This document shows, piece after piece, positions 56,121-64,000 of a stretch of 64,000 bases of DNA (its first letter is position 1; each line of letters opens with the position of its first letter). Made by a program: the position numbers and the translations under genes. Source of the DNA: an uncultured Candidatus Peribacteria bacterium (GTDB lineage: Bacteria; Patescibacteriota; Gracilibacteria; Peribacterales; Peribacteraceae); the NCBI GenBank assembly GCA_964633955.1, contig CAZWIA010000001.1:16820-80819 (forward strand), read 5' to 3'. The notes under the pieces are model-generated. The model searched no databases. It saw only the letters and a program-made list of their open reading frames with translations, and was not told where the DNA came from.

Positions 56121-56155
56121 AGACCCCGGCCGCACGGCCGGGGTCTTTCATTGTG
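56121..56155 (+). terminator. Rho-independent terminator
   Basis: agaccccggcc-gcac-ggccggggtct followed by ttcattgtgccattttt. Confidence 0.7.
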
Positions 56156-56239
56156 CCATTTTTCCTTCAGCTGTGCGGGTAGTCGTATTACACTCCGTTC
56201 ATGGGAACGCGCAGCAGACTCGGGACCAGGAATACGGTG

Positions 56240-56518
56240 ATGAAGCTCGCTGAGGTGCGTCCGGTCGTGCGCCGCATTGCGCGGGCGTATGGTATTCGCA
56301 ATGTTCGCATTTTCGGCTCGTTCGCTCGTGGCGAGCAGGGCAAGAGAAGTGATATTGATCTGCTCATAGATCTGCCGGATGGAATGAGCCTGCTGGATCT
56401 TTCAGGCTTGAAGCTGGATCTAGAGGATGCGCTCAAGCGGAAAGTTGACGTTGTGCCGTCGCGTTCCATTAAGCCCGCGCTGCGGGATCGCATCCTGGCT
56501 GAAGCCCGTACCTTATGA
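56240..56518 (+). CDS. mntA: MNT-type nucleotidyltransferase antitoxin
   Basis: RIFGSFARGEQGKRSDIDLLID (GS-x10-DxD). Confidence 0.85.
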   Translation: MKLAEVRPVVRRIARAYGIRNVRIFGSFARGEQGKRSDIDLLIDLPDGMSLLDLSGLKLDLEDALKRKVDVVPSRSIKPALRDRILAEARTL

Positions 56519-56865
56519 CCAAGGCAAAGCGCGATCCCCGGGTATACCTGACAGACATTCTTTCGGCGATCAACCGGATTCAAGAATACACGGCCGATGG
56601 CAAGGACGCGTTCTTTGAAGATGAGAAGACGCAGGACGCTGTTATCCGTCAGCTCTCTATTATTGGTGAAGCTGCGGCGAAGTTGCCACCTGCCATCAGG
56701 GCGGCTGATAATGACATTCCTTGGAAGGAAATCATTGGCATGCGCAATATCATCATCCATGACTACGCGGAGACGGATATATCAACAGTCTGGGTGGTAG
56801 TGGAACGGGATTTGCCTCATCTCCAAATGGCGGTGAACGCGTTGCTTGAACGGGAGGCAGCCTGA
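56515..56865 (+). CDS. hepT: HepT (DUF86/HEPN) toxin
   Basis: GMRNIIIHDY (Rx4HxY HEPN motif). ATGA overlap with mntA. Confidence 0.85.
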   Translation: MTKAKRDPRVYLTDILSAINRIQEYTADGKDAFFEDEKTQDAVIRQLSIIGEAAAKLPPAIRAADNDIPWKEIIGMRNIIIHDYAETDISTVWVVVERDLPHLQMAVNALLEREAA

Positions 56866-56966
56866 ATGTGCAGCAGTACGTCATAGGTGATTGAGTCATT
56901 GCCGGGCGCACTGTTCCTCTTCGTGCTCCAGCCACGTCCTAGTCAAACAGTCGCATATGTTTTCTA

Positions 56967-56995
56967 TTGCACTAATGCTTCCTGAAGCGTATAAT
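56967..56995 (+). promoter_or_regulatory. Promoter TTGCAC-17-TATAAT upstream of marR
   Basis: Read directly. It lies 31 nt upstream of the ATG at 57026. Confidence 0.5.
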
Positions 56996-57025
56996 TAGAT
57001 CATCTAACTATTTGGGACAGTAACA

Positions 57026-57469
57026 ATGATGAAGAACGTCATCGATCGCATCACGGAACTGATGGTGGAGTTCCCGCGCCTGATGCACCGGCGGATGGCT
57101 AAGGAATGCCGTGAGGAATCTAAGGTGAACATCCTCCAGATCCACGCGCTGGTGTTCCTGCGGGAGAACCAAGGCGCCACCATGTCGGCATTGGCAAGGG
57201 TCCTGCAGGTGTCGTCACCTTCCGCCACGTCCTTCGTAAACAGGTTGGTGAAGATGGGCTGGATAACGCGCGTCTCGGATCCGCAGAACCGCAAGCTGGT
57301 CCGCCTGCAGGTGACGCCGGTGGGTGAGAAGGCCCTGGCGGATAAGCTCCACGCGCGGAACCGGGTGATCGCCGGCATCCTGGTGGCCCTGGATGAGACG
57401 GAACGTCTGGAGTTCGAACGATTGCTCAAGAAAATTCTGACATCCGCTCGCGATAGCGTTACCATCTGA
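57026..57469 (+). CDS. MarR-family transcriptional regulator
   Basis: wHTH LQIHALVFLRENQGATMSALARVLQVSSPSATSFVNRLVKMGWITRVSDPQNRKLVRLQVTPVGE. Confidence 0.85.
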   Translation: MMKNVIDRITELMVEFPRLMHRRMAKECREESKVNILQIHALVFLRENQGATMSALARVLQVSSPSATSFVNRLVKMGWITRVSDPQNRKLVRLQVTPVGEKALADKLHARNRVIAGILVALDETERLEFERLLKKILTSARDSVTI

Positions 57470-57486
57470 CCCTTTCTCTCACCCGC

Positions 57487-59244
57487 ATGCCCCTCCTCCA
57501 GCGCATCAAAGGCATCCCCTCGGTCCTGTGGCGCCACAAGTGGAAGACGCTTATAGCGCTCCTTGTGGGTGTTCCGGTGGCGTACGGCGCAGTGACGCTG
57601 TCCCGGCCCAAGCCGCCGGAGTACGTGACGGCGCAGGCGGAACGCGGGGACCTGGTGCAGACGGTGGAAGCCGTGGGCACGGTCTCATCCGATCGGGATC
57701 TGGAGCTCCAGTTCAAGAGTTCCGGCATTGTGGCCCAGGTACTGGTGAAGCAGGGCGACCAGGTGCGCCCCGGCCAGCGGCTGGCGGTGCTCCGCGCGGG
57801 GAGCATGGCGGCCGGGGTGGCGTCCGCCGCGGCCCAGGTGCGGGAGGCGGAGGCGCAGTTGCGCCTGCTCAGGGAGGGCAGCCGACCGGAGGACATTGCC
57901 GTCTCAGAGGCCAACGTCCAGAACAAGCGGGCGCTCCTGGCCGCCGCGCAGACCAGCCTCTCGGTCGCGGAGCAGGCCATTGACACGGCGGAGGAGAACC
58001 TGGACGCCCTCCGAACGGAGGCTAGGACCAAGCTCTCCGGCCAGGTGACCCTGGCGCTTGCAACCGTCAATGAGAAGCTCGCCCGCGTGGAGCAGGCGCT
58101 CCAGGCGATTGATGACGTCTTTGCCAACAACGACGTGCAGGACGCCATCATCAAGGACAAGCCCGGCGAGTACGACTCCCTGGAGAAGCAGCGGGAGGCC
58201 GCCCGCGCCGCTATCCAGGAGATCCGCGCCCTGCGTGTCCCGGCTGATTATGAAGGCGCGCTCCAGGCGCTCCTGAAGATCCGGGCGGGCGTGGTGCAGT
58301 CCGCCAACGTCCTGGATACCGCCTACCGCACCGTGGCCGCCCTGGAGCTCACCAGCTACCTCACCGCCTCCGGCCGGGAGACCTATAAGTCCACCCTGGC
58401 CAGTGAGAAGAACGCGGTCCTTGCCGCGCTCAGCGCGCTGGATTCCGCGGTCACGTCCCTGCAGGACGCATCCGCCGCCTATGACACCAAGATCGCGGCG
58501 CAGGAGGCGGCCATTGTCACGGCGCAGGGGCAGCGGGACAAGGCTGTGGCGGACATCCGCACGTACCAGGCATCCCTGGGGATTGATGAAGCGCAGCTGG
58601 CCCTCAAGCGCGCCGGCAGCCGCCAGGCGGAGATTGACGCCGCGGACGCGCGCGTGCGCCAGGCCAGAGCCGCGCTCGCCCGCGCCAGCGCGGATCTCTC
58701 AGATACCGTCATCACCGCGCCCGTGGCGGGCCAGGTCACCAAGGTGAACGTGAAGCCGGGGGAACTGGCGCCGATCGGCCCCGCCATCACGCTCTTGGGA
58801 CAGAGCCCGCTCCGGGTAGAGATGTTCGTGTCGGAGATCGATGTGCCCAAGGTGAAGCTCAGCCAGAGCGGATCCATTGAACTGGACGCGTTCCGCGACC
58901 AGCCGTTTAGCCTGCGCGTGAGTGAGATAGAGACCGCGCCCACGGATGTCTCCGGGGTAGCCAAGTACAAGGTGACCTTGGACTTCAACGCGCTGGAAGA
59001 GGGCGTGAAGATCGGCATGACGGGAGACGCGGAGATCCAGACCGGCCGCCGGGACGATGTGATCAGCGTCCCGCTCCGCGCGGTTCTGCAGGACGGCGAG
59101 GGTAACCGCATCGTCCGTGTCCTGGAGAACAGCCGCGCCGTGGACCGGCCGGTCACGACCGGCATGGAGGGCGCGGGCGGCAACATCGAGATCGTGTCGG
59201 GGCTGAAGGAAGGGGAGACGGTCATTGTCCTGATTAAGAAGTAG
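57487..59244 (+). CDS. HlyD/MacA-type periplasmic adaptor (membrane fusion protein) with long coiled coil
   Basis: N-terminal TM; lipoyl-like SSGIVAQVLVKQGDQVRPGQRLAVL and ITAPVAGQVTKVNVKPGE; long Ala-rich coiled coil. Confidence 0.85.
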   Translation: MPLLQRIKGIPSVLWRHKWKTLIALLVGVPVAYGAVTLSRPKPPEYVTAQAERGDLVQTVEAVGTVSSDRDLELQFKSSGIVAQVLVKQGDQVRPGQRLAVLRAGSMAAGVASAAAQVREAEAQLRLLREGSRPEDIAVSEANVQNKRALLAAAQTSLSVAEQAIDTAEENLDALRTEARTKLSGQVTLALATVNEKLARVEQALQAIDDVFANNDVQDAIIKDKPGEYDSLEKQREAARAAIQEIRALRVPADYEGALQALLKIRAGVVQSANVLDTAYRTVAALELTSYLTASGRETYKSTLASEKNAVLAALSALDSAVTSLQDASAAYDTKIAAQEAAIVTAQGQRDKAVADIRTYQASLGIDEAQLALKRAGSRQAEIDAADARVRQARAALARASADLSDTVITAPVAGQVTKVNVKPGELAPIGPAITLLGQSPLRVEMFVSEIDVPKVKLSQSGSIELDAFRDQPFSLRVSEIETAPTDVSGVAKYKVTLDFNALEEGVKIGMTGDAEIQTGRRDDVISVPLRAVLQDGEGNRIVRVLENSRAVDRPVTTGMEGAGGNIEIVSGLKEGETVIVLIKK

Positions 59245-59391
59245 GCGTTCGTCGATGATGCGACTGGGGTACAATGGCCAAATCCCAAGCACCAAATCCC
59301 AAATAAGTTCCAAACCAAAAACTAAAAACCATAAACCAAAAACTTCCGAATCCCCTCTCGACCAATCCCCTACTCGCATTCACTCGAATTG

Positions 59392-60129
59392 ATGTCGCAA
59401 TCCCCCGCTCCGCTCATCCAGACCCGCAAGCTCTGCAAGGCCTACGTGAACGACGACGTGGAGACGCCGGTGCTGTTCGACATTGACCTCACCATCCAGA
59501 AAGGCGAGTTTGTGGCGATCATGGGGCCGTCCGGTTCCGGCAAATCCACGCTGATGCACATTCTGGGATTCCTGGACAGCCACACGGGCGGCCAGTACCT
59601 GTTCCAGGGGCGGGAGTCCCAGGAGATGGACGACGATGCGCTGGCGCGTATCCGGGCCACACGCGTGAGCTTTGTGTTCCAGGCGTTCAACCTGCTGCCG
59701 CGCACCACGGTCCTGCAGAACGTGCTCCTGCCGCTTCTCTACCACCCCGCCATCCGGGAATCCGAGCGGCTGCCCCGGGCGCTCCGCGCGATCGAGCAGG
59801 TGGGTCTCACGCCGCGCAAGGACTACCTCTCAAGCCAGCTCTCCGGCGGACAGAAGCAGCGGGTGGCCATCGCGCGGGCGCTGGTGACGGATCCGGAAGT
59901 CATCTTCGCGGATGAGCCGACCGGGAACCTGGACTCCGCTTCCGGCGTTGCCGTCATGCAGGCGCTGCAGGACCTCAACGAGCGCGGGCACACCATCATC
60001 CTGGTCACGCATGAACTCACCACCGCCCAGCACGCCAAGCGGATCCTCCGCATCCGGGATGGACGGATCGTGGAGGATACGAACAGCTTCGCGCGGATCG
60101 TGGCAGGAGAGCGTGATGTGCTGAAATAG
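59392..60129 (+). CDS. ABC transporter ATP-binding protein (MacB/LolD type)
   Basis: [10 protein letters not shown]; [15 protein letters not shown]; [11 protein letters not shown]. Confidence 0.92.
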   Translation: MSQSPAPLIQTRKLCKAYVNDDVETPVLFDIDLTIQKGEFVAIMGPSGSGKSTLMHILGFLDSHTGGQYLFQGRESQEMDDDALARIRATRVSFVFQAFNLLPRTTVLQNVLLPLLYHPAIRESERLPRALRAIEQVGLTPRKDYLSSQLSGGQKQRVAIARALVTDPEVIFADEPTGNLDSASGVAVMQALQDLNERGHTIILVTHELTTAQHAKRILRIRDGRIVEDTNSFARIVAGERDVLK

Positions 60130-60132
60130 CTC

Positions 60133-60238
60133 GTTAGCTTTTTAGCTGCTTAGCTTCACTCGAACTCCTTCTCCCATGTATCCATCTCCTAACACCTCTG
60201 AAAGCTCATCAGCTAACAAACTAAAAAGCTAAGAAGCT
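60133..60238. repeat. TTAGCT-word palindrome between ABC genes
   Basis: gttagctttttagctgcttagctt pairs with agctaacaaactaaaaagctaagaagct. Confidence 0.45.
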
Positions 60239-60267
60239 CACAAGCTCGTCATTCATCCATCCTCAAC

Positions 60268-61488
60268 GTGCTGCTCTCCGATCTGGCATCATCGGCCCTC
60301 CGCGGCGTCACCGCCAACATCGGCCGGTCGCTCTTGACCATGCTGGGGATCATCATCGGCGTGGGATCCGTGGTGCTCATGAGTTCGATCGGCGCCAGCA
60401 TGGAAGGCGTGATCCTGGGCCAGATCAGCAGTCTTGGCGCGCGCAGCATGGTGATCTTCCCGGGTACCGAGGAGGGGAACCCGCTTGCCACCGGCTTTGA
60501 TAGCCTGGTCCTGGAAGACGTGGAGGCGCTGCGGCAGCTGGGCACCATTGAGAGCGTTGCCCCCATGATCCTGGTGCCGGGAGTGGCCACCTACGGCAGC
60601 CAGAAGGCCAGTCCCCAGACGTTTGGCGTGACGGCGGAATTCTTCCAGAACCAGGACATCACCGCGGAGCGCGGGCGGCTGCTGGACGCGTCTGATGACG
60701 AGGGTGCGCGGTCCGTGGCGCTCCTGGGGCCGGATACGGCGGAGAAGCTCTTTGGCCAGGCGGACCCCATTGGCCAGCGCATCAAGGTGGGCGACCATCA
60801 CTACACGGTGGTGGGTATCGCCAAGGCCCTGGGGTCCCAGTTCTTCCAGAACGCGGATGACCGCGTCTACGTCCCCTTCTCCGTGGCCCGCCAGGTGACC
60901 GGGCAGCGGTACGTGAACCAGGTGACCATGCTTGCCACCGGCGGGTTTGAGGAGGCGTTCTGGGACGTGCGGTCCCTCCTCCGCCAGCGTCATAGGATCA
61001 AGAACCCGGAGGACGATCAGAAGAAGGATGACTTCATCGTGCACTCGTCTGAGGAAGCCAGCGCCATCCTGGGCGGCGTGTCCCTGGGCCTCACGCTCTT
61101 CATCACCACCATCGCCGCCATCTCGCTCATCGTGGGCGGCATTGGCATCATGAACATCATGCTGGTGACGGTGAGCGAGCGGACGCAGGAGATCGGCCTG
61201 CGGAAGGCGCTTGGTGCGCGGAAGCGGGACATCCTCCGGCAGTTCCTGCTGGAGGCGGTGCTGCTCACCGTCATCGGCGGATGCATCGGCATGACGGGCG
61301 GCATCATGCTCGCCTACGCGGTGGCGCTGGTGGTCACGCGCCTGCTCTCCACCTACGCGTTCGCCGTGGCGCCGCTGTCCATCGTAGCCTCCTTCCTCAT
61401 GGCGGCTGTCACCGGCATCGTGTTCGGATTATCCCCCGCCCGCCGGGCGGCGGCTCTCTCTCCCATGGAAGCGTTACGGTACGAATGA
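60268..61488 (+). CDS. MacB/FtsX-type ABC permease
   Basis: N-terminal TM, large periplasmic domain; C-terminal FtsX motif GGIGIMNIMLVTVSERTQEIGLRKALGA. Confidence 0.9.
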   Translation: MLLSDLASSALRGVTANIGRSLLTMLGIIIGVGSVVLMSSIGASMEGVILGQISSLGARSMVIFPGTEEGNPLATGFDSLVLEDVEALRQLGTIESVAPMILVPGVATYGSQKASPQTFGVTAEFFQNQDITAERGRLLDASDDEGARSVALLGPDTAEKLFGQADPIGQRIKVGDHHYTVVGIAKALGSQFFQNADDRVYVPFSVARQVTGQRYVNQVTMLATGGFEEAFWDVRSLLRQRHRIKNPEDDQKKDDFIVHSSEEASAILGGVSLGLTLFITTIAAISLIVGGIGIMNIMLVTVSERTQEIGLRKALGARKRDILRQFLLEAVLLTVIGGCIGMTGGIMLAYAVALVVTRLLSTYAFAVAPLSIVASFLMAAVTGIVFGLSPARRAAALSPMEALRYE

Positions 61489-61548
61489 TGATCCGGTAGA
61501 GGCGCCCTGTCAGGGCGCCTCTACCGGCATCCCCAATTGCATCATCCC

Positions 61549-62763
61549 ATGCGCATCTCAGACCTCACATCCACGGCCGTATCGGGAATCACCGTCAACA
61601 GGAGCCGGTCGCTCCTGACCATGCTGGGGATCATCATCGGCGTGGCATCCGTGGTGCTCATGGTCAGCATGGGCCGCAGCTTCCAGAACTATGTGCTGAA
61701 CCTGATCGCCGGCATTGGCACCAACACGGTGGACGTGTTCCCCACGGGCTTTGAGAAGTTTGGCGGGAACTTGGATTCCCTCACGCTGGAGGATTACGAG
61801 GCCGTCCGCCGGCTCCCCACCGTGGAGCGGGCCGTGCCCATCATCCTGGTGGGCAAACCTGTGCAGTACGGCCGGGAGAGCGTCTCCCCCATGGTCATGG
61901 GCACCCGCGCGGACATCTTCCGGAACTACGGCTTGGAACTCTCCCGCGGTCGCCTCTTGGACGACCGGGACGATGAGGGCGCCAAATCCGTGGCCGTCTT
62001 AGGCGCGCAGACGGCGGAGGACCTGTTTGGCAACCGCGACCCGCTGGGGGAGAACATCAAGGTGGGCGGGCAGACGTTCACGGTTGTGGGCGTGCTGCGG
62101 AGCCAGGGTTCGCTGCTCACGCAGGACTTAGACAGGCCCGTGTTCATCCCCTTCCGCGCGGCGCGCGCGCTGACCGGACAGAAACACCTCTCGTTCATGA
62201 ACATGAAGGCGGTGGGGGATCCCGCTGTCGCGATCGATGACATCACGGCCCTCCTCCGGGAGCGCCACCGGATTGAGAACCCGGCGGACGATCCCGATCA
62301 GGATGACTTCCGCGCCCGCAGCGGCGAGCAGATCTCCCAGATCGTAGGCACCGTCACACTGGGTCTCACGGTCTTTTTGGGCCTTGTGGCCGCCATCTCC
62401 CTGCTCGTTGGCGGCATTGGCATCATGAACATCATGCTGGTGTCCGTGACGGAACGCACCCGGGAGATCGGCCTGCGCAAGGCCGTGGGCGCGCGCCGGC
62501 GGGATATCCTCCTGCAGTTCCTGCTGGAGGCGGTCTCCCTCACGTTCTCCGGCGGGATCATCGGGCTGGTGCTCGGCATCAGCGCGGGCTGGTTCCTCTC
62601 CCGCATCGCGGACCGCGTGCTGGGCGGCTTTGCCTTCAGTCTCTCCATCCCCGGCGTCCTCCTGGCCGTGGGGATGGCGGTGGGCGTGGGCCTCCTCTTT
62701 GGCATCTATCCGGCCAAGCGGGCCGCAGAATTATCTCCCATGGAGGCGCTGAGGTATGAATAG
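61549..62763 (+). CDS. MacB/FtsX-type ABC permease, paralog
   Basis: GGIGIMNIMLVSVTERTREIGLRKAVGA. Same architecture as the upstream gene. Confidence 0.9.
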   Translation: MRISDLTSTAVSGITVNRSRSLLTMLGIIIGVASVVLMVSMGRSFQNYVLNLIAGIGTNTVDVFPTGFEKFGGNLDSLTLEDYEAVRRLPTVERAVPIILVGKPVQYGRESVSPMVMGTRADIFRNYGLELSRGRLLDDRDDEGAKSVAVLGAQTAEDLFGNRDPLGENIKVGGQTFTVVGVLRSQGSLLTQDLDRPVFIPFRAARALTGQKHLSFMNMKAVGDPAVAIDDITALLRERHRIENPADDPDQDDFRARSGEQISQIVGTVTLGLTVFLGLVAAISLLVGGIGIMNIMLVSVTERTREIGLRKAVGARRRDILLQFLLEAVSLTFSGGIIGLVLGISAGWFLSRIADRVLGGFAFSLSIPGVLLAVGMAVGVGLLFGIYPAKRAAELSPMEALRYE

Positions 62764-62824
62764 CAAAAAGCCGATCAGTCCGGTGAGGAACTGATCGGCG
62801 GGGTTCGCTCCTGTGGCTAGAGGG

Positions 62825-63169
62825 TCACGGGGAGACGCAGGACGGACGTGATGGGATGTGCACAGTCATGTGATTGTTGATCACGCAGACGACTGCGCGG
62901 TAGGTGACGGTCTTCCCTCTGGCGCGATGCAGCAGCAGGAAGAGCCACCAGAAGTGGCCGAGCAGGAGACTTACCGTCCGGCTCTGTGCCACTCGATCGT
63001 TTCCAGCCCGTAGCGTGCGGGTGAGATACGTCTGGCTGTTCCAGAAGTTGAGACAGAGTTCCTTCTGTCGCACGGGGACACGGATGTAGCACTCGGCGGC
63101 TTCGCCATCGTGCAGGCCCAGCTCTCTGAGCTGGCCCATGAGATGAGGTTTGCCCTCAACGCGAGCCAT
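62825..63169 (-). CDS. Hypothetical protein (AT-richer island)
   Basis: Only ORF-level evidence; start at the internal Met of the listed ORF. Confidence 0.3.
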   Translation of the reverse strand: MARVEGKPHLMGQLRELGLHDGEAAECYIRVPVRQKELCLNFWNSQTYLTRTLRAGNDRVAQSRTVSLLLGHFWWLFLLLHRARGKTVTYRAVVCVINNHMTVHIPSRPSCVSP

Positions 63170-63362
63170 CGTGCTGCTTCTCCCGCGCCAGGACGGCGCA
63201 CTCAAGACAAGAAGTGGGTTCAAAGGAGCGAACCGTCCCACGCTACGGCATTTCAGCCTGGATGCAAGGGTGATCCATGGCTTCTCTGAAAACGCTGTTT
63301 GATCGATCAAACGGTGGCAGCACAAAGAATCCCCCGTCCTGCAGGACAGGACGGGGGTGGGC

Positions 63363-63995
63363 TCAGGACACGGGCCTGAGGCCGGTGGGCTGGTCCTTCA
63401 GGAAGGCCAGGAGCTCGTGGAGCTCGGCCAGGATGCCGTTCGTCTGGGCCAGCCGCTTCCGGTCGAACTCCGGATCGTCGTTCTCAAGCATGGTCTGCTC
63501 CGGCGGGTGGATGTACGGGACATCCACGGACACCACGCGCAGCCCCTGCGCCAGGGCGCGGACCACCGGGAAGAAGAGCGCCGCAGAGTAGCCGATCGGA
63601 CGGATGACCTGCTGCCACTCCGTACCGGGGGGATCCGCGGAAAACTCCCACCGCTGCATGAAGGGCGGGTACGCGCGCCGGTTGAACAAGCGGGGACCAA
63701 AGAACATGTCCAGGTTGAACTTGTCGGTCCAGTAGCCGGCCTTGCGGAGCGCCGCGCAGAACGCGGCGTTGGAAGCCAGCTCGGAGCCGGCCTGGAACGG
63801 CGGCAGGGACTTGATCCCCGCCTTGCAGCGGGCCGGGATGACCACGTCCGCCTTGCCTTCCAGGATGGGACGGGCGGCCATCTCCACGCAGCCGTCCCTG
63901 ACCATGGAGACCTTCTCCGCCTCTAGGCGGGCAAAGACCTCCACCTCCCGGTTATCGTGCAGCAGGCGGTAGCCTTGCTGCCGCCCGTTGCTCAT
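63363..63995 (-). CDS. Hypothetical protein (may extend beyond the window end)
   Basis: Coherent 210-aa ORF. No motif I can name with confidence. Confidence 0.45.
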   Translation of the reverse strand: MSNGRQQGYRLLHDNREVEVFARLEAEKVSMVRDGCVEMAARPILEGKADVVIPARCKAGIKSLPPFQAGSELASNAAFCAALRKAGYWTDKFNLDMFFGPRLFNRRAYPPFMQRWEFSADPPGTEWQQVIRPIGYSAALFFPVVRALAQGLRVVSVDVPYIHPPEQTMLENDDPEFDRKRLAQTNGILAELHELLAFLKDQPTGLRPVS

Positions 63996-64000
63996 CCCCT

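Overview
This is a high-GC bacterial chromosome segment, gene-dense, with visibly AT-richer islands. All calls come from reading motifs by eye; no BLAST, HMM or folding was run, so family names are motif-level assignments.

Housekeeping genes: tsf, rpsB, glyQS, rpsU, gyrB, hisS, tRNA-His, der, leuS, dnaG, rpoD, ftsK, mltG, ybaB, and a UvrD-like helicase-nuclease.

Envelope and surface genes: a PrsW-like protease, an S41 peptidase, a 3D/PG-binding protein, an RlpA-like protein, a PKD-domain surface protein, two VirB2/TrbC-like small membrane proteins, a prepilin-LamG protein and a VirD4/TraD-like ATPase. There is also a MarR plus MacAB-like efflux operon and an MNT/HepT toxin-antitoxin pair.

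Most notable features:
1. A complete diversity-generating retroelement (10589-13152). Its 115-bp TR/VR pair differs at 15 positions, and every one is an adenine in TR. The Avd-like gene is inverted, and the RT is truncated by a frameshift at a (GA)8 tract.
2. A roughly 250-codon Y1/HUH (RAYT/IS200-like) transposase module with REP-like perfect palindromes, embedded in frame inside leuS. A free-standing RAYT gene, GTAG-footed hairpins and a 112-114-bp MITE-like repeat also occur.
3. Stuttered-word palindromes sit at gene junctions and also in frame inside leuS and an rRNA methyltransferase gene.
4. A canonical tRNA-His is followed by a tRNA-His-like copy with a 48-nt insertion, directly upstream of hisS.
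5. A 69-nt tRNA-like gene has a shortened anticodon arm centred on UUA.
6. A relic copy of the gyrB 3' end differs from the live copy only synonymously.

The overall style (insertions in essential genes, a DGR target without a signal peptide, pilin/T4SS-like genes) suggests a small-genome CPR/Patescibacteria-like organism. That is inference only.
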